From Acidobacteriota bacterium (GTDB taxonomy: Bacteria > Acidobacteriota > UBA6911 > RPQK01 > JAJDTT01): 64,000 nt of DNA. The notes beneath the pieces were generated by a model that was not told the DNA's origin, did not search any database, and saw nothing but the letters and a program-made list of their open reading frames with translations. How positions within the stretch are numbered: the first letter of the stretch is position 1; the number at the start of each line of letters is the position of its first letter. The translations under genes and the position numbers were made by a program. This document shows, piece after piece, positions 1 to 13,244 of the stretch. Where the stretch lies: positions 2,720,001 through 2,784,000 of the forward strand of contig OZ253580.1 in NCBI GenBank assembly GCA_965263035.1. Direction: 5' to 3'.

Positions 1-231
1 GACGACCAGCTTGGGCGGAGTCTGGTGAGTGCTTCGACCTTGAAGGTGAACGGCGAGAAGTTGGCCAACGGAAGCAATATCGAAGCCGCTCGCCGCGTCG
101 GCACCAGCATAGCCCAACAGGCTCTCGCCTCCGGGATTCGCGAAGTGGTCTTCGACCGCGGCGGGTACAGGTATTTTGGCCGGGTCAAGGCTCTGGCGGA
201 CGCCGCCCGGGAGCTGGGGCTCAAGTTCTAA
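1..231 (+). CDS. rplR: 50S ribosomal protein L18 (5' partial)
   Basis: Open from base 1; [28 protein letters not shown] is the L18 C-terminus; lies upstream of rpsE. Confidence 0.97.
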   Translation, partial: DDQLGRSLVSASTLKVNGEKLANGSNIEAARRVGTSIAQQALASGIREVVFDRGGYRYFGRVKALADAARELGLKF

Positions 232-257
232 AGACAAGCTCTAGATACGGAGTGCTC

Positions 258-749
258 ATGGCGCAACAGGACTACAGCGAAGAACTTAAGGATCAGGTCA
301 TCTCCATCAATCGGGTCACCAAGGTGGTGAAGGGAGGAAAGAATCTCAGCTTCGGCGCTCTGGTGGTTGTGGGTGACCAGAATGGAAAGGTCGGTTGGGG
401 CATGGGCAAAGCGCGCGAGGTCCCGGCGGCCATCAGAAAAGGACTGGAGAAGGCCAAGAAATCCATGATCGGTGTTCCCCTGAAGGGGTCGACGATCCAC
501 CATGGCGTCAAGGGGCGTTTCGGCGCGGGACTGGTCATTCTCAAGCCGGCCCCCGAAGGGACCGGCATCATCGCCGGTGCTCCGGTTCGAGCGGTGATGG
601 AATCGGTCGGAATCCGAGACGTGGTGACGAAGAGCGTGGGAACCACCAATCCTCACAACGTGGTCAAGGCCACCTTCGATGGATTGTCCCAGTTGCGCAG
701 TCCGGAAGCCGTGGCCTTGAGCCGAGGCATTCCTGTGGAGGACCTCTAG
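258..749 (+). CDS. rpsE: 30S ribosomal protein S5
   Basis: [32 protein letters not shown] motifs; ATG at 258 after GGAG. Confidence 0.98.
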   Translation: MAQQDYSEELKDQVISINRVTKVVKGGKNLSFGALVVVGDQNGKVGWGMGKAREVPAAIRKGLEKAKKSMIGVPLKGSTIHHGVKGRFGAGLVILKPAPEGTGIIAGAPVRAVMESVGIRDVVTKSVGTTNPHNVVKATFDGLSQLRSPEAVALSRGIPVEDL

Positions 750-971
750 GTGACTGAAGAGCGGGAACCGAAGGGCCGCCAGACGGGGACCATCCAAATA
801 CGCTACGTTCACAGTGCCATCGGGCGATCGAAACACCAGAAACTAGTGGTTCGGGGATTGGGTCTGAGGAAGTTGAATCAGGTGGTGAAGAGGCCGGATA
901 CGCGGGAGATCCGGGGAATGGTGGCCAAGATTCCCCATCTGGTGCAGATCGTCGAGGGGAACGAGCGATGA
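750..971 (+). CDS. rpmD: 50S ribosomal protein L30
   Basis: SAIGR...[11 protein letters not shown]...[12 protein letters not shown]; spc operon position. Confidence 0.95.
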   Translation: MTEEREPKGRQTGTIQIRYVHSAIGRSKHQKLVVRGLGLRKLNQVVKRPDTREIRGMVAKIPHLVQIVEGNER

Positions 972-1417
972 GTTATGCTCTCCACACATTGAAGCCGGCG
1001 CCCGGCACGCGTCACACCCGCAAGCGGGTCGGCCGGGGACCCGGCTCCGGAACCGGAAAGACCGCCGGGCGGGGCTTCAATGGTCAGAAGTCCCGATCCG
1101 GATACTCGTCCCGAGCCGGCTTTGAAGGCGGCCAGATGCCCCTTTATCGAAGGCTTCCCAAGCGGGGTTTCAAGAACCCCTTCCGCAAGCGGTTCGCGGT
1201 GATCAACGTTCGGGACCTGAATCGTTTCGAGGACGGAACCACCGTCGGCCCCGAGCTGCTCATCGAGCGGGGAATGGTCAAGAAGTTGGGTGACGGCCTG
1301 CGGATCCTGGGCGATGGCGAGCTGGAGCGCAAGTTGATGGTTCGGGCTCACCATCTCAGCCGGCAGGCCCGAGAGAAGATCGAGCAGGCAGGCGGAAGCG
1401 TCGAGGTCTTGAGCTGA
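968..1417 (+). CDS. rplO: 50S ribosomal protein L15
   Basis: [34 protein letters not shown]. Confidence 0.98.
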   Translation: MSYALHTLKPAPGTRHTRKRVGRGPGSGTGKTAGRGFNGQKSRSGYSSRAGFEGGQMPLYRRLPKRGFKNPFRKRFAVINVRDLNRFEDGTTVGPELLIERGMVKKLGDGLRILGDGELERKLMVRAHHLSRQAREKIEQAGGSVEVLS

Positions 1418-2823
1418 TGGCCGATTTCAGTCCGGTTCTGGGCAGTTTCCGGAACATCTTCCATATTCCCGATCTACGGAAGCGGGTCCTCTTCATGCTG
1501 GGGCTCCTGGCCGCGTACCGGGTGGGGAGCTGGATCCCGACTCCGGGAGTGGACAGCGGCGCCCTGGAACTGGTCTTCAGCCAGCAGGCCGGGACCGTCC
1601 TGGGCTTCCTGGACATGTTCTCGGGGGGCAACCTGAGCCGATTCTCCATCTTTGCCTTGGGAATCACTCCCTACATCACCGCGTCCATCATCCTGCAGTT
1701 GCTGACGGTGGTCTGGCCCTTCCTGGAGCGGCTCTCCAAGGAAGGTGAGCTGGGTAGAAAAAAGATCAATCAATACACTCGATACCTGACCGTGGGCCTC
1801 TGCCTGTTCCAGAGTATGGCCTCCGCCTCGGTCCTGGAACGCATGGACGCGGTTCCGCCGGTGGTGCCGTATCCGGGCTGGGGTTTTCGACTCATGACCA
1901 TGCTCACCCTCACCTGCGGGACGACGCTGGTGATGTGGCTCGGCGAGCAGATCTCCGAGCGCGGCATTGGAAACGGGATCTCCCTGATCATCTTCGCCGG
2001 CATCGTGGTCGGCCTGCCGTCCGCTGCCCATTCCCTGTATCAGGATTGGATGCTGGGAACCCGGTCCATCCTCACGATCATCATCCTCCTGGCGATGATG
2101 GTTCTGGTGGTGATCGGAATCGTGATCGTGGAACGAGGACAGCGCCGGATCCCCATCCAATACGCCAAGCGGGTGGTGGGCCGGAGGATGTACGGCGGAC
2201 AAGCCACACACCTGCCCCTGCGGGTGAACTCGGGCGGAGTCATCCCGGTGATCTTCGCCGCCTCCATTCTTGCCTTCCCCTCCACCATGGGCCTGGTCTT
2301 CGAGGCCGGGTGGGTCCAGAGTCTTTCCCAGCAGTTGCAACAAGGCTACCCGCTCTACAACATCATCTACATCGCCGGGATCATGTTCTTCTGCTTCTTC
2401 TACGTGAGCATCATCTTCAACCCGGACGAGGTCGCCGACAACATCCGAAAATACGGCGGCTATATTCCGGGGATTCGGCCCGGCCGGCGAACCGCACAGT
2501 ACATCGATCGGACCTTGAGCCGTTTGACGGCGGCCGGCGCCGTCTACCTGGTCCTGGTTTGTTTGCTTCCCGAATTTCTGATGACCGGATTCAAGGTTCA
2601 GCCGATTCCCTGGGTGGGTCCGGTTCTGGACAATTTCCTGATCGACAACAATCTGGATTTCTTTACCAATGGTCTGGGAGTGACCTTCTATTTCGGAGGG
2701 ACGTCCCTCCTGATCGTGGTGGGCGTGGGAATGGACACGGTCAAGCAGATCGAGTCACAACTGATCATGAGGCACTACGACGGCTTCCTCAAAAAAGGCC
2801 GAATTCGGGGAAGAAGAGGTTGA
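1417..2823 (+). CDS. secY: Preprotein translocase subunit SecY
   Basis: SIFALGITPYITASII, GIGNGISLII, GGTSLLIVVGV; multiple TM segments. Confidence 0.99.
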   Translation: MADFSPVLGSFRNIFHIPDLRKRVLFMLGLLAAYRVGSWIPTPGVDSGALELVFSQQAGTVLGFLDMFSGGNLSRFSIFALGITPYITASIILQLLTVVWPFLERLSKEGELGRKKINQYTRYLTVGLCLFQSMASASVLERMDAVPPVVPYPGWGFRLMTMLTLTCGTTLVMWLGEQISERGIGNGISLIIFAGIVVGLPSAAHSLYQDWMLGTRSILTIIILLAMMVLVVIGIVIVERGQRRIPIQYAKRVVGRRMYGGQATHLPLRVNSGGVIPVIFAASILAFPSTMGLVFEAGWVQSLSQQLQQGYPLYNIIYIAGIMFFCFFYVSIIFNPDEVADNIRKYGGYIPGIRPGRRTAQYIDRTLSRLTAAGAVYLVLVCLLPEFLMTGFKVQPIPWVGPVLDNFLIDNNLDFFTNGLGVTFYFGGTSLLIVVGVGMDTVKQIESQLIMRHYDGFLKKGRIRGRRG

Positions 2824-2854
2824 GGCTGAGGGCCCGACCGGAGATCCAATCCTG

Positions 2855-3514
2855 ATGCCCGAAAAGTTGGTGACCATTCTGCTCGGCCCACCCGGAGCCG
2901 GGAAAGGGACGCAGGCCAAGCGCCTCGCGGCACGGTTCGGCTACCTGCACGTCTCCACCGGGGACATCCTGAGAGAGGAAGTGCGCGCCGGAACCGATCT
3001 GGGTAGTCGCGTCGAAGCCATCATGAATGCGGGAGAGTTGGTCCCGGATGAGTTGGTGGCCCAGATCGTGGGAAGGAAGCTGGCGCGAGACGCGAGTAAA
3101 GAAATTTTGTTGGATGGGTTTCCCCGGAACCTCGCTCAGGCCACCTACCTGAGTCGAATCAGCAACGGTCTTCCGCCCCTGGTGATCAATTTGAAACTGG
3201 AGAACGCGGAGGTTGTCAGACGCCTCAACGGGCGTCGCCAGTGTGCCGGCTGTGGTAATATCTACAACCTTTATTACTCCGAGCCCCGGGAGGATGGTGT
3301 CTGTGATTCGTGCGGCGGGGAATTGGTGCTCCGTCCTGACGATCGCGAATCCGTGATTCGGGAGAGACTGCGGGTCTACCGCGATCAGACTCAGCCCCTG
3401 GTCGATTACTACAAGGCAGAGGGCCGCTACGGAGAGGTGGAAGCTTCTGGAGGAATCCAGGAGGTTTTTGACTTCATCGTTCAGACCATGTCACCGAGTG
3501 CCGTTCGGTCTTGA
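2855..3514 (+). CDS. adk: Adenylate kinase (zinc-lid type)
   Basis: GPPGAGKGTQA P-loop, LDGFPR, CxxC...CxxC lid. Confidence 0.97.
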   Translation: MPEKLVTILLGPPGAGKGTQAKRLAARFGYLHVSTGDILREEVRAGTDLGSRVEAIMNAGELVPDELVAQIVGRKLARDASKEILLDGFPRNLAQATYLSRISNGLPPLVINLKLENAEVVRRLNGRRQCAGCGNIYNLYYSEPREDGVCDSCGGELVLRPDDRESVIRERLRVYRDQTQPLVDYYKAEGRYGEVEASGGIQEVFDFIVQTMSPSAVRS

Positions 3515-3545
3515 GGATACGTACCGCATCAGGAACCTGACTGGA

Positions 3546-4352
3546 ATGATCGTCTGCAAAGGCGCTAGAGAACTGGAGAGGATGCGCGAGGCCAACCGCT
3601 TGGTGTCCAGGACATTGGACCATCTGGGGACCATGATCAACCCTGGCGTGACCACGCGGCAATTGGATGCCGCCGCCGAGGACATGATCCTCGGGAGCGG
3701 AGCCAGGCCGGCCTTCAAGGGCTACCGGGGATTCCCCGCCAGCGTCTGCGCCTCCGTCAACCATCAGATCGTCCACGGGATTCCCAACGACCAGCCTCTC
3801 AAAAAGGGAGATATCCTGTCTTTGGACGTGGGGGTCTACTACAAGGGATTCTATGGTGACTCCGCCTGGACCTTCTGTGTGGGTGAGGTTTCTCCCGAAC
3901 TGAGGAAGCTGTTGGACGTGACTCGCGAGTCCCTCTACCGGGGGATCGAGCAGGTGGTGGTGGGAAACCGCATCTCCGACATCTCCCACGGCATACAGAA
4001 GTACGTGGAAGCCTACGGGTTTTCGGTGGTGAGAGAATTCGTGGGCCATGGGATCGGCAGGTTCCTGCACGAGGAACCGCAGGTCCCCAACTATGGTGAG
4101 CCTGGAAAGGGCCCCAGGTTGAAGCCGGGCATGGTTCTGGCAATCGAGCCCATGGTCAACAGCCAGGGCCCCGGCGTCAAAGTGTTGGAAGACCGATGGA
4201 CGGCGGTGACGGCGGACGGGGGTTACAGCGCCCATTTCGAGCATTCAGTCGCCGTCACCGAAACCGGTCCCTGGATCCTCAGCAACTCCAGCGGCAGGAC
4301 CCGACGCGGGGCATCAAGTCCGGATTCGATGATTGCAGGAGGCGAAGAATGA
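3546..4352 (+). CDS. map: Type I methionine aminopeptidase
   Basis: [34 protein letters not shown]; start ATG 3546 chosen. Confidence 0.97.
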   Translation: MIVCKGARELERMREANRLVSRTLDHLGTMINPGVTTRQLDAAAEDMILGSGARPAFKGYRGFPASVCASVNHQIVHGIPNDQPLKKGDILSLDVGVYYKGFYGDSAWTFCVGEVSPELRKLLDVTRESLYRGIEQVVVGNRISDISHGIQKYVEAYGFSVVREFVGHGIGRFLHEEPQVPNYGEPGKGPRLKPGMVLAIEPMVNSQGPGVKVLEDRWTAVTADGGYSAHFEHSVAVTETGPWILSNSSGRTRRGASSPDSMIAGGEE

Positions 4353-4462
4353 AAGTTCGAGCTTCGGTCAAGCGAATCTGCAGGCAATGCAGGATCGTCC
4401 GCCGCAAGGGTGTGGTCCGAGTCATCTGCAGCAACCCGAAACACAAGCAGCGTCAGGGGTAA
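4349..4462 (+). CDS. rpmJ: 50S ribosomal protein L36 (zinc-binding form)
   Basis: [37 protein letters not shown], 37 aa, GGAGG upstream. Confidence 0.98.
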   Translation: MKVRASVKRICRQCRIVRRKGVVRVICSNPKHKQRQG

Positions 4463-4495
4463 TCGTCACCGGAGACCACGGAGCGGATCGGCACA

Positions 4496-4870
4496 ATGCG
4501 ACTAATTGGAGTGAACATACCGGACAAGAAACGGGTTCTGATCTCTCTGACCTACATCTACGGGATCGGAAGGGCTCGGTCCCAGAAGATCCTGGATGCA
4601 GCGAAGGTGGATGCGGACAAGAATACCGGGGACCTCACCGAGGAGGAGGCCGCTCGACTCCGACGCGTCATCGAAGACCAGGGGCGGATTGAAGGGGATC
4701 TGCGCAAGGAACTTCAGATCAACATCAAGCGTCTTATGGACATCGGCTGCTATCGGGGACTTCGGCATCGCCGGGGACTGCCCACCCGAGGCCAGCGCAC
4801 CCATACCAATGCCAGGACCCGCAAGGGGCCGCGCAAGATCCGCATCATGCGGAGAAAGAGGGGGCGTTAG
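4496..4870 (+). CDS. rpsM: 30S ribosomal protein S13
   Basis: [36 protein letters not shown]. Confidence 0.98.
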   Translation: MRLIGVNIPDKKRVLISLTYIYGIGRARSQKILDAAKVDADKNTGDLTEEEAARLRRVIEDQGRIEGDLRKELQINIKRLMDIGCYRGLRHRRGLPTRGQRTHTNARTRKGPRKIRIMRRKRGR

Positions 4871-5021
4871 CGGCTCGGCGGGCGGCGAGCGCAGGGATCC
4901 GGCGGGGTTCTGCGCTGCAGGTTTTCCGATGCCGTTTGTGCATCCGGGAGGCGCAAGAATTTCAAAAGGGAATCAGCCAGGGGCGTTCGCGGCCCAGGGG
5001 ACCGATTAGAGGGATATCCAG

Positions 5022-5429
5022 ATGGCCAAGGGCGGAAAGACGAAAAAAAAGAAGGGCTCCAAGAAGAAAGATCGGAGAACCATTCTCCATGGCATCGTCC
5101 ACGTGAAGGCGACATTCAACAATACGATCATCACCATCACCGATAAGGAAGGGAATGTCTTATCGACCGCCACTGCCGGAATGCAGGGCTTCAAGGGAAG
5201 CCGCAAGAGCACGCCCTTCGCAGCCTCTCAGGCCGGGCATACGGCAGCCAATCGGGCCCGTGACCTGTACGGAATTCGTACCTGCGAGGTCTGGGTCAAG
5301 GGACCCGGCGGTGGCCGCGAAGCGGCCGTGCGCGCCATTCAGTCGTCTGGAATCGATATCAAATCAATCCGGGACGTGACGCCTATTCCCCACAACGGTT
5401 GCCGTCCTCCCAAGCGGCGACGGGTATAG
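5022..5429 (+). CDS. rpsK: 30S ribosomal protein S11
   Basis: [37 protein letters not shown]. Confidence 0.99.
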   Translation: MAKGGKTKKKKGSKKKDRRTILHGIVHVKATFNNTIITITDKEGNVLSTATAGMQGFKGSRKSTPFAASQAGHTAANRARDLYGIRTCEVWVKGPGGGREAAVRAIQSSGIDIKSIRDVTPIPHNGCRPPKRRRV

Positions 5430-5496
5430 GAGCCGGTGGCAACGGACCGGGAGTACCGCATGACATCGGCAGGTGAAGTCAGGAAGGAGACGAACC

Positions 5497-6132
5497 TTGG
5501 CACGCTATAACGGCCCTGTCTGCCGTCTCTGCAGACGCGAGGGGATGAAACTGTTCCTCAAGGGAAATCGATGCTATTCGGAGAAGTGCGCCATCGAGAA
5601 ACGGAACGTCGTTCCGGGCGAGCACGGGCGCGACAGGCGCGGCCGGCCCAGGACCATGGGTTACGGCCAGCAACTCCGTGAGAAACAGAAGGTCAAACGA
5701 GTCTACGGCGTCCTGGAGCGCCAGTTTCGCAGCTATTTCGCCAAAGCGGCCAAAAAGAGGGGCGTCACCGGCGAACTCCTGTTGCAGTTTCTGGAACGGA
5801 GACTCGACAGCGTCGTCTATCGGCTCGGTTTCACCACCTCCAGGAACCAGGCCCGGCAGTTGGTCCGCCACGGTCATATCCGGGTGAACGGACGACGGGT
5901 CAACATCCCTTCCTTCCTGGTCAAGGCGGGGGATGAAGTCTCGCTGCATCAGAAGAGTTGGAACAATTTGCTGGTTCGCGCCGCTTTGGATGCGGTCGCC
6001 GGCCGTGGGGTTCCTGCTTGGCTGAGTCTGGAAAAAAATCAATTCAAGGGCCAGGTGTTGGAGTTGCCGACCCGGGAGCATATCTCGCTGCCTATCGAGG
6101 AGTCCCTGGTGGTGGAACTCTATTCCAAATAG
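5497..6132 (+). CDS. rpsD: 30S ribosomal protein S4
   Basis: [33 protein letters not shown]; TTG start at 5497 after AAGGAG. Confidence 0.98.
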   Translation: MARYNGPVCRLCRREGMKLFLKGNRCYSEKCAIEKRNVVPGEHGRDRRGRPRTMGYGQQLREKQKVKRVYGVLERQFRSYFAKAAKKRGVTGELLLQFLERRLDSVVYRLGFTTSRNQARQLVRHGHIRVNGRRVNIPSFLVKAGDEVSLHQKSWNNLLVRAALDAVAGRGVPAWLSLEKNQFKGQVLELPTREHISLPIEESLVVELYSK

Positions 6133-6291
6133 CTGCCGGATGAGCGCGGGCTCGCCGTGCAGATTCCCCGTGATTTCATCTGGGGTCTGCCGGCACACGG
6201 CGGGGATGAGCCATGCCCCCACCAGGGCCGTCCACGCGGGCCGGAGCCTCATCGAGGCGGCTGTTCATAGAATCGTCGGAGACATAGATCA

Positions 6292-7275
6292 ATGGGAGCG
6301 TTTCAGAAACCAACCAAGCTCTTTTATGACCCGGATAGCTTGACCTCGACTTCAGGCAACTTCCATGCCCAACCTTTCGAGCGGGGATTCGCCACGACGA
6401 TTGGGCATTCCCTGCGAAGGGTCCTGCTTTCCGCCATCGAGGGAGCGGCCCTCACGGCGGTCAAGATCGAGGGAGTCCTGCACGAGTTCTCGTCGATCCC
6501 GGGTGTCAGAGAAGACGTGACCGACATCATCATGAACCTGAGGCAGATTCCCTTGATTCTGCACTCCAGTGAGCCCAAGACCGTGTACCTCGAGGCCTCT
6601 GGAGAAGGGGAGATCAAGTCCGGAGACTTCAAGCCGGACCCGGACCTGGAGGTGTTGGACACGAACGTCCACATCGCCAGTTTGAACCCGGAAGCCAGGA
6701 TCAGCATGGAAGTGCGCGTCAAGAAAGGCCGGGGCTATGTTCCAGCCAGCCAGAACCACGACGAGGACTTGAGTCTGGGCTACATCGCCATGGACTCGGT
6801 CCATTCGCCGGTTCGGCGGGCCAACTTTCAGGTGGAGGCCGCCCGCCTGGGACAGTCGACCGAATACGAGCGTCTCAACCTGGAGGTGGTGACCAACGGC
6901 AGTGTCGCTCCGCAGGATGCCGTGGCCCAAGCCGCGCAGATCCTCAAGGAGCACCTGTTCATGTTCATCAACTTCGAAGAGGACTCGGAAGAGGACGTGG
7001 TCGAGGAAGACAAGGACCAGGCCGTCAACGAGAACCTGATCAAACCGATCGAGGAATTGGAGTTGTCGGTTCGGGCCTACAATTGCCTCAAGAACGCCAG
7101 TGTAGAGACCATCGGCGAGCTGGTGGTCAAGACCGAAACCGAGATGCTCAAAACCAAGAACTTCGGCCGGAAGTCCTTGAGCGAGATCAAGGAATTGCTG
7201 GCCGAGATGGGCCTGTCGTTCGGCATGAAGATCGACACCAAGGGCCGGCTGGTCCACGAGACCACGGAGGTCTGA
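6292..7275 (+). CDS. rpoA: RNA polymerase subunit alpha
   Basis: PFERGF...[38 protein letters not shown]. Confidence 0.99.
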   Translation: MGAFQKPTKLFYDPDSLTSTSGNFHAQPFERGFATTIGHSLRRVLLSAIEGAALTAVKIEGVLHEFSSIPGVREDVTDIIMNLRQIPLILHSSEPKTVYLEASGEGEIKSGDFKPDPDLEVLDTNVHIASLNPEARISMEVRVKKGRGYVPASQNHDEDLSLGYIAMDSVHSPVRRANFQVEAARLGQSTEYERLNLEVVTNGSVAPQDAVAQAAQILKEHLFMFINFEEDSEEDVVEEDKDQAVNENLIKPIEELELSVRAYNCLKNASVETIGELVVKTETEMLKTKNFGRKSLSEIKELLAEMGLSFGMKIDTKGRLVHETTEV

Positions 7276-7280
7276 CGGTT

Positions 7281-7685
7281 ATGAGACACCGTCGAAAGGG
7301 CAAAAAGCTGGGAAGGACAGCGAGTCACCGGAAGGCGTTGTTCCGTAATCTGGTGACCGAGTTCCTGGACAAGGAACGGATCGTCACCACCATCGCCAAA
7401 GCCAAGGAGCTGCGTCCGGTGGCCGAGAAGATGATCACGTTGGGCAAACGGGAAGACCTGCATGCCAAGCGGCGAGCTCTGAGCTTCATCCGGCGCAAGT
7501 CGGTGGTGTACAAACTCTTCGACGATATTGCACCCCGTTTCTCCGAGCGCAACGGCGGTTACACTCGCATTCTCCGCCTCGGGTTTCGCCGGGGAGATCA
7601 GGCGGAGATGGCTCTTCTGGAGCTGGTGGGGAGTGAGTTTGAACCGGTGGCGCCCGACAAGAAATCGAAGAAACGGGCCAAATAG
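7281..7685 (+). CDS. rplQ: 50S ribosomal protein L17
   Basis: [28 protein letters not shown]. Confidence 0.98.
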   Translation: MRHRRKGKKLGRTASHRKALFRNLVTEFLDKERIVTTIAKAKELRPVAEKMITLGKREDLHAKRRALSFIRRKSVVYKLFDDIAPRFSERNGGYTRILRLGFRRGDQAEMALLELVGSEFEPVAPDKKSKKRAK

Positions 7686-9930
7686 AAGAGGCTCGTCTCG
7701 TTTTGACCCGCCCGATTCGAAATCGTCCACCGGATCCTTCTCACTTCTTCCGATTCGCTGCTGGCTGGCAGGGTTCCTGTTTCTCTCGCTCTTCTCTTCT
7801 CTCGCCGGATCGCAGAAGTCCCGCCTGACCCTGCAGCATCTCTACGATCCCCGCACCAAGTTGGACTTCACCGGCTCTCCTCCGACGAGTCTGCGCTGGT
7901 CTCCGGACGGACGCCACTATCTCCACCATCGCAAGCAGTCTTCCACCCTGTTCACAGTCGACGCCGTCAGCGGGGATTCCGAGATCCTGCTGGATGAAAC
8001 GCGACTTCGAAAGGCCCTCTCGAATCCCGATCTCGATACCTCGAGCCCCGACTCCGCCACGCTCGGCTGGTTCCGATTGAGCCCTGACGAGAAGACCCTC
8101 CTTTTCGAGTTCTCCGGGGATCTTTTTCTCTACGCTCTGAAGTCCGGAGCGGCTTCGCGGCTGACCCGTTCCTCAAAACGGGAGGAATTGGCCGAGTTCA
8201 GCCCCGACGGACGCATGGTCAGCTACGTCCGAGCCAAGGACCTCTACCTGGTCGGCATCGAAAGCGGCTGCGAAGTGCGTCTCACGCAGGACGGCGGCGG
8301 TGAGGTGATCAACGGCAAATTGAACTGGCTGTACCAGGAGGAACTCTACGGCCGGGGCAACTTCAAGGGTTACTGGTGGAGTCCCGATTCATCCCACCTG
8401 GCCTTCCTGCAGTTGGACGAGTCGCCGGTGCCGACCTTCACGCTGCTCGATTACCAGCCGCTCTACCCGTCCACACGGACGACCCGCTACCCCAAGGCCG
8501 GAGACCCCAACCCTCGGGCGCGTATCGGCGTGGTCCCGGTCTCGGGCGAGGCCGTCCACTGGATCCAGAGCGGTCCGGACGACGACCGCCTGGTGGTCCG
8601 GGCCGGTTGGAGCCCGGATGGAGGCGCCGTCGTTTTTCAGGAGCAGAACCGGGTCCAGACCCGGTTGGACCTGAAGCTGTACCGGCTCTCGTCGCGGAGC
8701 ACGACTGCGCTGTTGCGGGAGGAGAGCGTCGCGTGGGTCGACGTTCTGGCCGAGCCGAGCTGGCTGGCGGACGATTCCTTCCTCTGGATGAGCGATCGTA
8801 CGGGGTGGCGGCATCTTTATCACTACCGGTCCGACGGCACTCTCGTCAGACCGGTCACGAGCGGGCAGTGGAACGTCTTTGACCTCCTCCACCACTCTCA
8901 TGAGAACGGGGAGATCTACTTTACGGCGGACCGGGACGGCGCCGCTGAGAGACACCTTTTCCGTTCGAATCTGAACGGCGGATCGATGGTACGCGTTTCC
9001 CGGGAACCGGGAACCCATCGGCCCCGGTTGAATGACCAGGGTTCGCTCTATCTCGACACCTGGAGCGACGTCGACACCCCGCCCCGGCTGAGCGTTCATG
9101 ACGCGAAGGGAACGCTCTTGAGGGAAATTCATCCCAGCAACCGGGAGAACCTGGAGAAGTTTCGGCTCTCTTCTCCCCAGTTTCTGCAGGTGCCGACCCG
9201 GGACGGGTTCCTCATGGAGGCCATGATGATCCTGCCCCACGACTTCGATCCCGCTCGAAAGTATCCGGTTCTGGCCTACGTCTACGGTGGACCGGGTATG
9301 CCCCGGGTCAGAAGGAGATGGGGCGGAACCAACCACCTCTGGCACCAGCTCATGGCCCAGGAGGGCTATCTGATCTGGATCTGCGACAACCGAAGCGCCA
9401 GTGGGAACGGCGCCGGTTCGGCGTGGGCCGTGTATCGAAACTTCGGTGGCCAGGAGCTGCGCGACCTGGAAGACGGCCTGCAGTGGCTTCGGAAACGGAC
9501 CTTTGTGGATTCGGATCGAATCGGGATCTGGGGCTGGAGCTTCGGCGGGTACCTGACCAGCTTTGCGTTGACCCACAGCGACAGCTTTCGGATCGGGATC
9601 GCGGGGGCTCCGGTGACCGACTGGAGGCTGTACGACACCATCTACACGGAACGGTACATGGGGCTTCCGAAGGACAATCCGGAGGGCTACCGGAAGAGCT
9701 CGGTGCTGGAGGCGGCCGGCGGCCTGCAGGGCAAGCTGTTGCTGATCCACGGCGGCCTGGACGAGAATGTCCATCTCCAGAACACGCTCCGTCTGGCCCA
9801 TCGCCTACAAGAAGAGGGAAAGGACTTCCAGATGATGATCTACCCCCGAGCCCGGCATGGGGTGAGGGATCCGGAGCAAGTCCACCACCTCCGGAGGATG
9901 ATGACCCGATTCATCCTGAAGAACCTTTAA
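7639..9930 (+). CDS. S9B family dipeptidyl peptidase IV-like serine peptidase (start uncertain)
   Basis: DPPIV propeller motifs (WLYQEE, WWSPD, YPKAG), GWSFGG nucleophile, DENVH and ARHG triad region; signal-like hydrophobic stretch. Confidence 0.9.
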   Translation: MNRWRPTRNRRNGPNRRGSSRFDPPDSKSSTGSFSLLPIRCWLAGFLFLSLFSSLAGSQKSRLTLQHLYDPRTKLDFTGSPPTSLRWSPDGRHYLHHRKQSSTLFTVDAVSGDSEILLDETRLRKALSNPDLDTSSPDSATLGWFRLSPDEKTLLFEFSGDLFLYALKSGAASRLTRSSKREELAEFSPDGRMVSYVRAKDLYLVGIESGCEVRLTQDGGGEVINGKLNWLYQEELYGRGNFKGYWWSPDSSHLAFLQLDESPVPTFTLLDYQPLYPSTRTTRYPKAGDPNPRARIGVVPVSGEAVHWIQSGPDDDRLVVRAGWSPDGGAVVFQEQNRVQTRLDLKLYRLSSRSTTALLREESVAWVDVLAEPSWLADDSFLWMSDRTGWRHLYHYRSDGTLVRPVTSGQWNVFDLLHHSHENGEIYFTADRDGAAERHLFRSNLNGGSMVRVSREPGTHRPRLNDQGSLYLDTWSDVDTPPRLSVHDAKGTLLREIHPSNRENLEKFRLSSPQFLQVPTRDGFLMEAMMILPHDFDPARKYPVLAYVYGGPGMPRVRRRWGGTNHLWHQLMAQEGYLIWICDNRSASGNGAGSAWAVYRNFGGQELRDLEDGLQWLRKRTFVDSDRIGIWGWSFGGYLTSFALTHSDSFRIGIAGAPVTDWRLYDTIYTERYMGLPKDNPEGYRKSSVLEAAGGLQGKLLLIHGGLDENVHLQNTLRLAHRLQEEGKDFQMMIYPRARHGVRDPEQVHHLRRMMTRFILKNL

Positions 9931-10056
9931 CGGTCTCTGGAAGACTCGTCCCTGCCGCTCTCGACACTCTGCCCTGTCTCAGACCCCGAGCCGGTCCACA
10001 CCGCGTCCCTCTCCTCGTTCGTTCCCCTTGCCCGCCGGGAAACGCCCTGCAAGAAT

Positions 10057-11379
<1,323 letters not shown>

Positions 11380-11392
11380 GCGGAGGAGTTCG

Positions 11393-12316
11393 ATGTCGAT
11401 TCAGACCGTGCTGGGGCCCATTGAACCCGCAGACCTGGGCGTCACCCTCATGCACGAACACACCCTGGTGGACGCCTGGGAATGGGGAGGACGCCTGGGC
11501 TACGACAGCACCGTGGACGACGAGGAGCTGCTGGTGGAGGAACTGGCCTTCTATCGCGACGCAGGCGGCTCCGCCCTGGTGGACGTGACCCCCATCGGAC
11601 TCCGGCGCGACCCGTCCGGGATGCGAAGACTGGCCCAGGCCACCGGCCTCCACATCATCATGGGGTGCGGCTGGTACCGGGAACGAGTCTATCCGGCCTA
11701 CATCCATGAGCTCAGCACCAATGCCCTGGCCGGCATGCTGGTGAAGGAGCTGGAAGAGGGGGTGGAGGGCGGCACTCGACCCGGCATCATCGGCGAGATC
11801 GGCACCGAGCGTTTCCACGTCACTCCGGCGGAGGAGAAGGTGTTTCGGGCGGCCGCGCGGGCCCAGCGGGCGACCGGCGCCACCGTGACCACCCACACCA
11901 CCCATTTCGGCGACCTGGCCCACGAGCAGATGGACATCCTGATGGAGGAGGGCGTCCCGCCGGAGCGGATCGTGATCGGACATCTGGGGGAACGGCGCGG
12001 CGTCAAGGGCGAGCTGGCCGTCGCCGAGAGGGGCGTCTACGTGGAGATCGATCACATCGGCCGTGCGGCCAGCGCCGGTACCCAGCCGGAATGGAGAAGG
12101 GCCCGGAACGTGGCCGAGTTGGTCCAGGCCGGCTACCTGGAACGGGTCTTGATCTCCATGGACATCTGCGCCAACTCCCTGCTGCACTGGAACGGAGGAC
12201 ACGGATTCGACTATCTCCTGACCACCTTCGTTCCCCTGCTCCGGGAAGAAGGCCTCACCGGGGATCAGATCCGCACGATTCTGGTGGACAACCCGATCCG
12301 GGTATTGGATTTCTGA
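11393..12316 (+). CDS. Phosphotriesterase-family metallohydrolase
   Basis: QTVLGPI...TLMHEH, IIGEIG, TTH, IGHL, ISMD. Confidence 0.92.
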   Translation: MSIQTVLGPIEPADLGVTLMHEHTLVDAWEWGGRLGYDSTVDDEELLVEELAFYRDAGGSALVDVTPIGLRRDPSGMRRLAQATGLHIIMGCGWYRERVYPAYIHELSTNALAGMLVKELEEGVEGGTRPGIIGEIGTERFHVTPAEEKVFRAAARAQRATGATVTTHTTHFGDLAHEQMDILMEEGVPPERIVIGHLGERRGVKGELAVAERGVYVEIDHIGRAASAGTQPEWRRARNVAELVQAGYLERVLISMDICANSLLHWNGGHGFDYLLTTFVPLLREEGLTGDQIRTILVDNPIRVLDF

Positions 12317-12414
12317 GGAGGGGCGATTTCCAATCGCCCATTCCTCCGCTCCGCCCGGAGTCCGGCGGTTGGAAACCGCCGCTCCTGTTCGGCGGCTAGG
12401 AAACCGCCGCTTCC
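12317..12414. repeat. Cluster of three REP-like palindromes
   Basis: GGAGGGGCGATTTCCAATCGCCC (12317-12339), inverted GGCGGTTGGAAACCGCCGCTCC (12364-12385) and GGCGGCTAGGAAACCGCCGCTTCC (12391-12414) between convergent genes. Confidence 0.75.
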
Positions 12415-13181
12415 AGGTCGGCGATGACCGGGGCGTGGTCCGAGGCGGTCATGCCCTCTTTCTTCTTCCTGTAGCCGCGGTCGATCTCCACCTGCCGCAG
12501 CCGTTGTGCCAGCACCCGCGTCGACAGCAGGAAATCGATTCTGAGCCCCCGGTTCCGGTGGAACGCCCCTCCCCGGTAGTCCCACCAGGAGAACTTCCGT
12601 TCCTGCGGAAAGCGCTCCCGGTAAAGATCCACCAGTCCCCAGTCCAACAATCGCCGAAAGCGATCTCTTTCCTCGTCCGTGTGAATGATCTGCCCTCCGA
12701 GCTCCTCTTCGTTCCAGCTGTCCAACGGGGTCGGACAGATGTTGAAGTCGCCGCAGAGGACGAGAGACTCGGAAACGTCGTGACGCGCCTCCAGATAGGA
12801 CAGGAGCGCATCGTACCAGGAGAGCTTTCTGGGGAAGTCGTCGTGCCCGACGTGCTTGCCGTTGGGGCAGTAGACGGTGATGAAAGTGACGCCGGCCACC
12901 CGCGCACTCACCAGGCGGGTCCCCAGGTGCTCTTGTCCCGGCAGCCCCGACTGTAGCGTCTCGGCCGGTTCCCGGCTCAATATGGAGACGCCGTTCCAGG
13001 CCTTGGACGCATGGACCACCGCCTGATAGCCCCGGGCCTGGAATTCGGCGTGGGGGAACAGCTCTTCCTGCAGCTTCAACTCCTGCAGCCCCACCAGGTC
13101 GGGACGGCGGGAATCGAGCCAGTGAAAAACGTATTCGAGACGGGCTCGAAGCCCGTTGATGTTCCAGGTCGCGATCCGCAT
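12396..13181 (-). CDS. xth: Exodeoxyribonuclease III
   Basis: MRIATWNING, LQELK, GDFN, FSWWDYR, GLRID, SDHAP. Confidence 0.96.
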   Translation of the reverse strand: MRIATWNINGLRARLEYVFHWLDSRRPDLVGLQELKLQEELFPHAEFQARGYQAVVHASKAWNGVSILSREPAETLQSGLPGQEHLGTRLVSARVAGVTFITVYCPNGKHVGHDDFPRKLSWYDALLSYLEARHDVSESLVLCGDFNICPTPLDSWNEEELGGQIIHTDEERDRFRRLLDWGLVDLYRERFPQERKFSWWDYRGGAFHRNRGLRIDFLLSTRVLAQRLRQVEIDRGYRKKKEGMTASDHAPVIADLEAAVS

Positions 13182-13244
13182 GTGTGCAGCCCCGCGGCCA
13201 GTCTATACCGCAACCGGCAGGAATGCGGAATCGAGAACCGGAAA

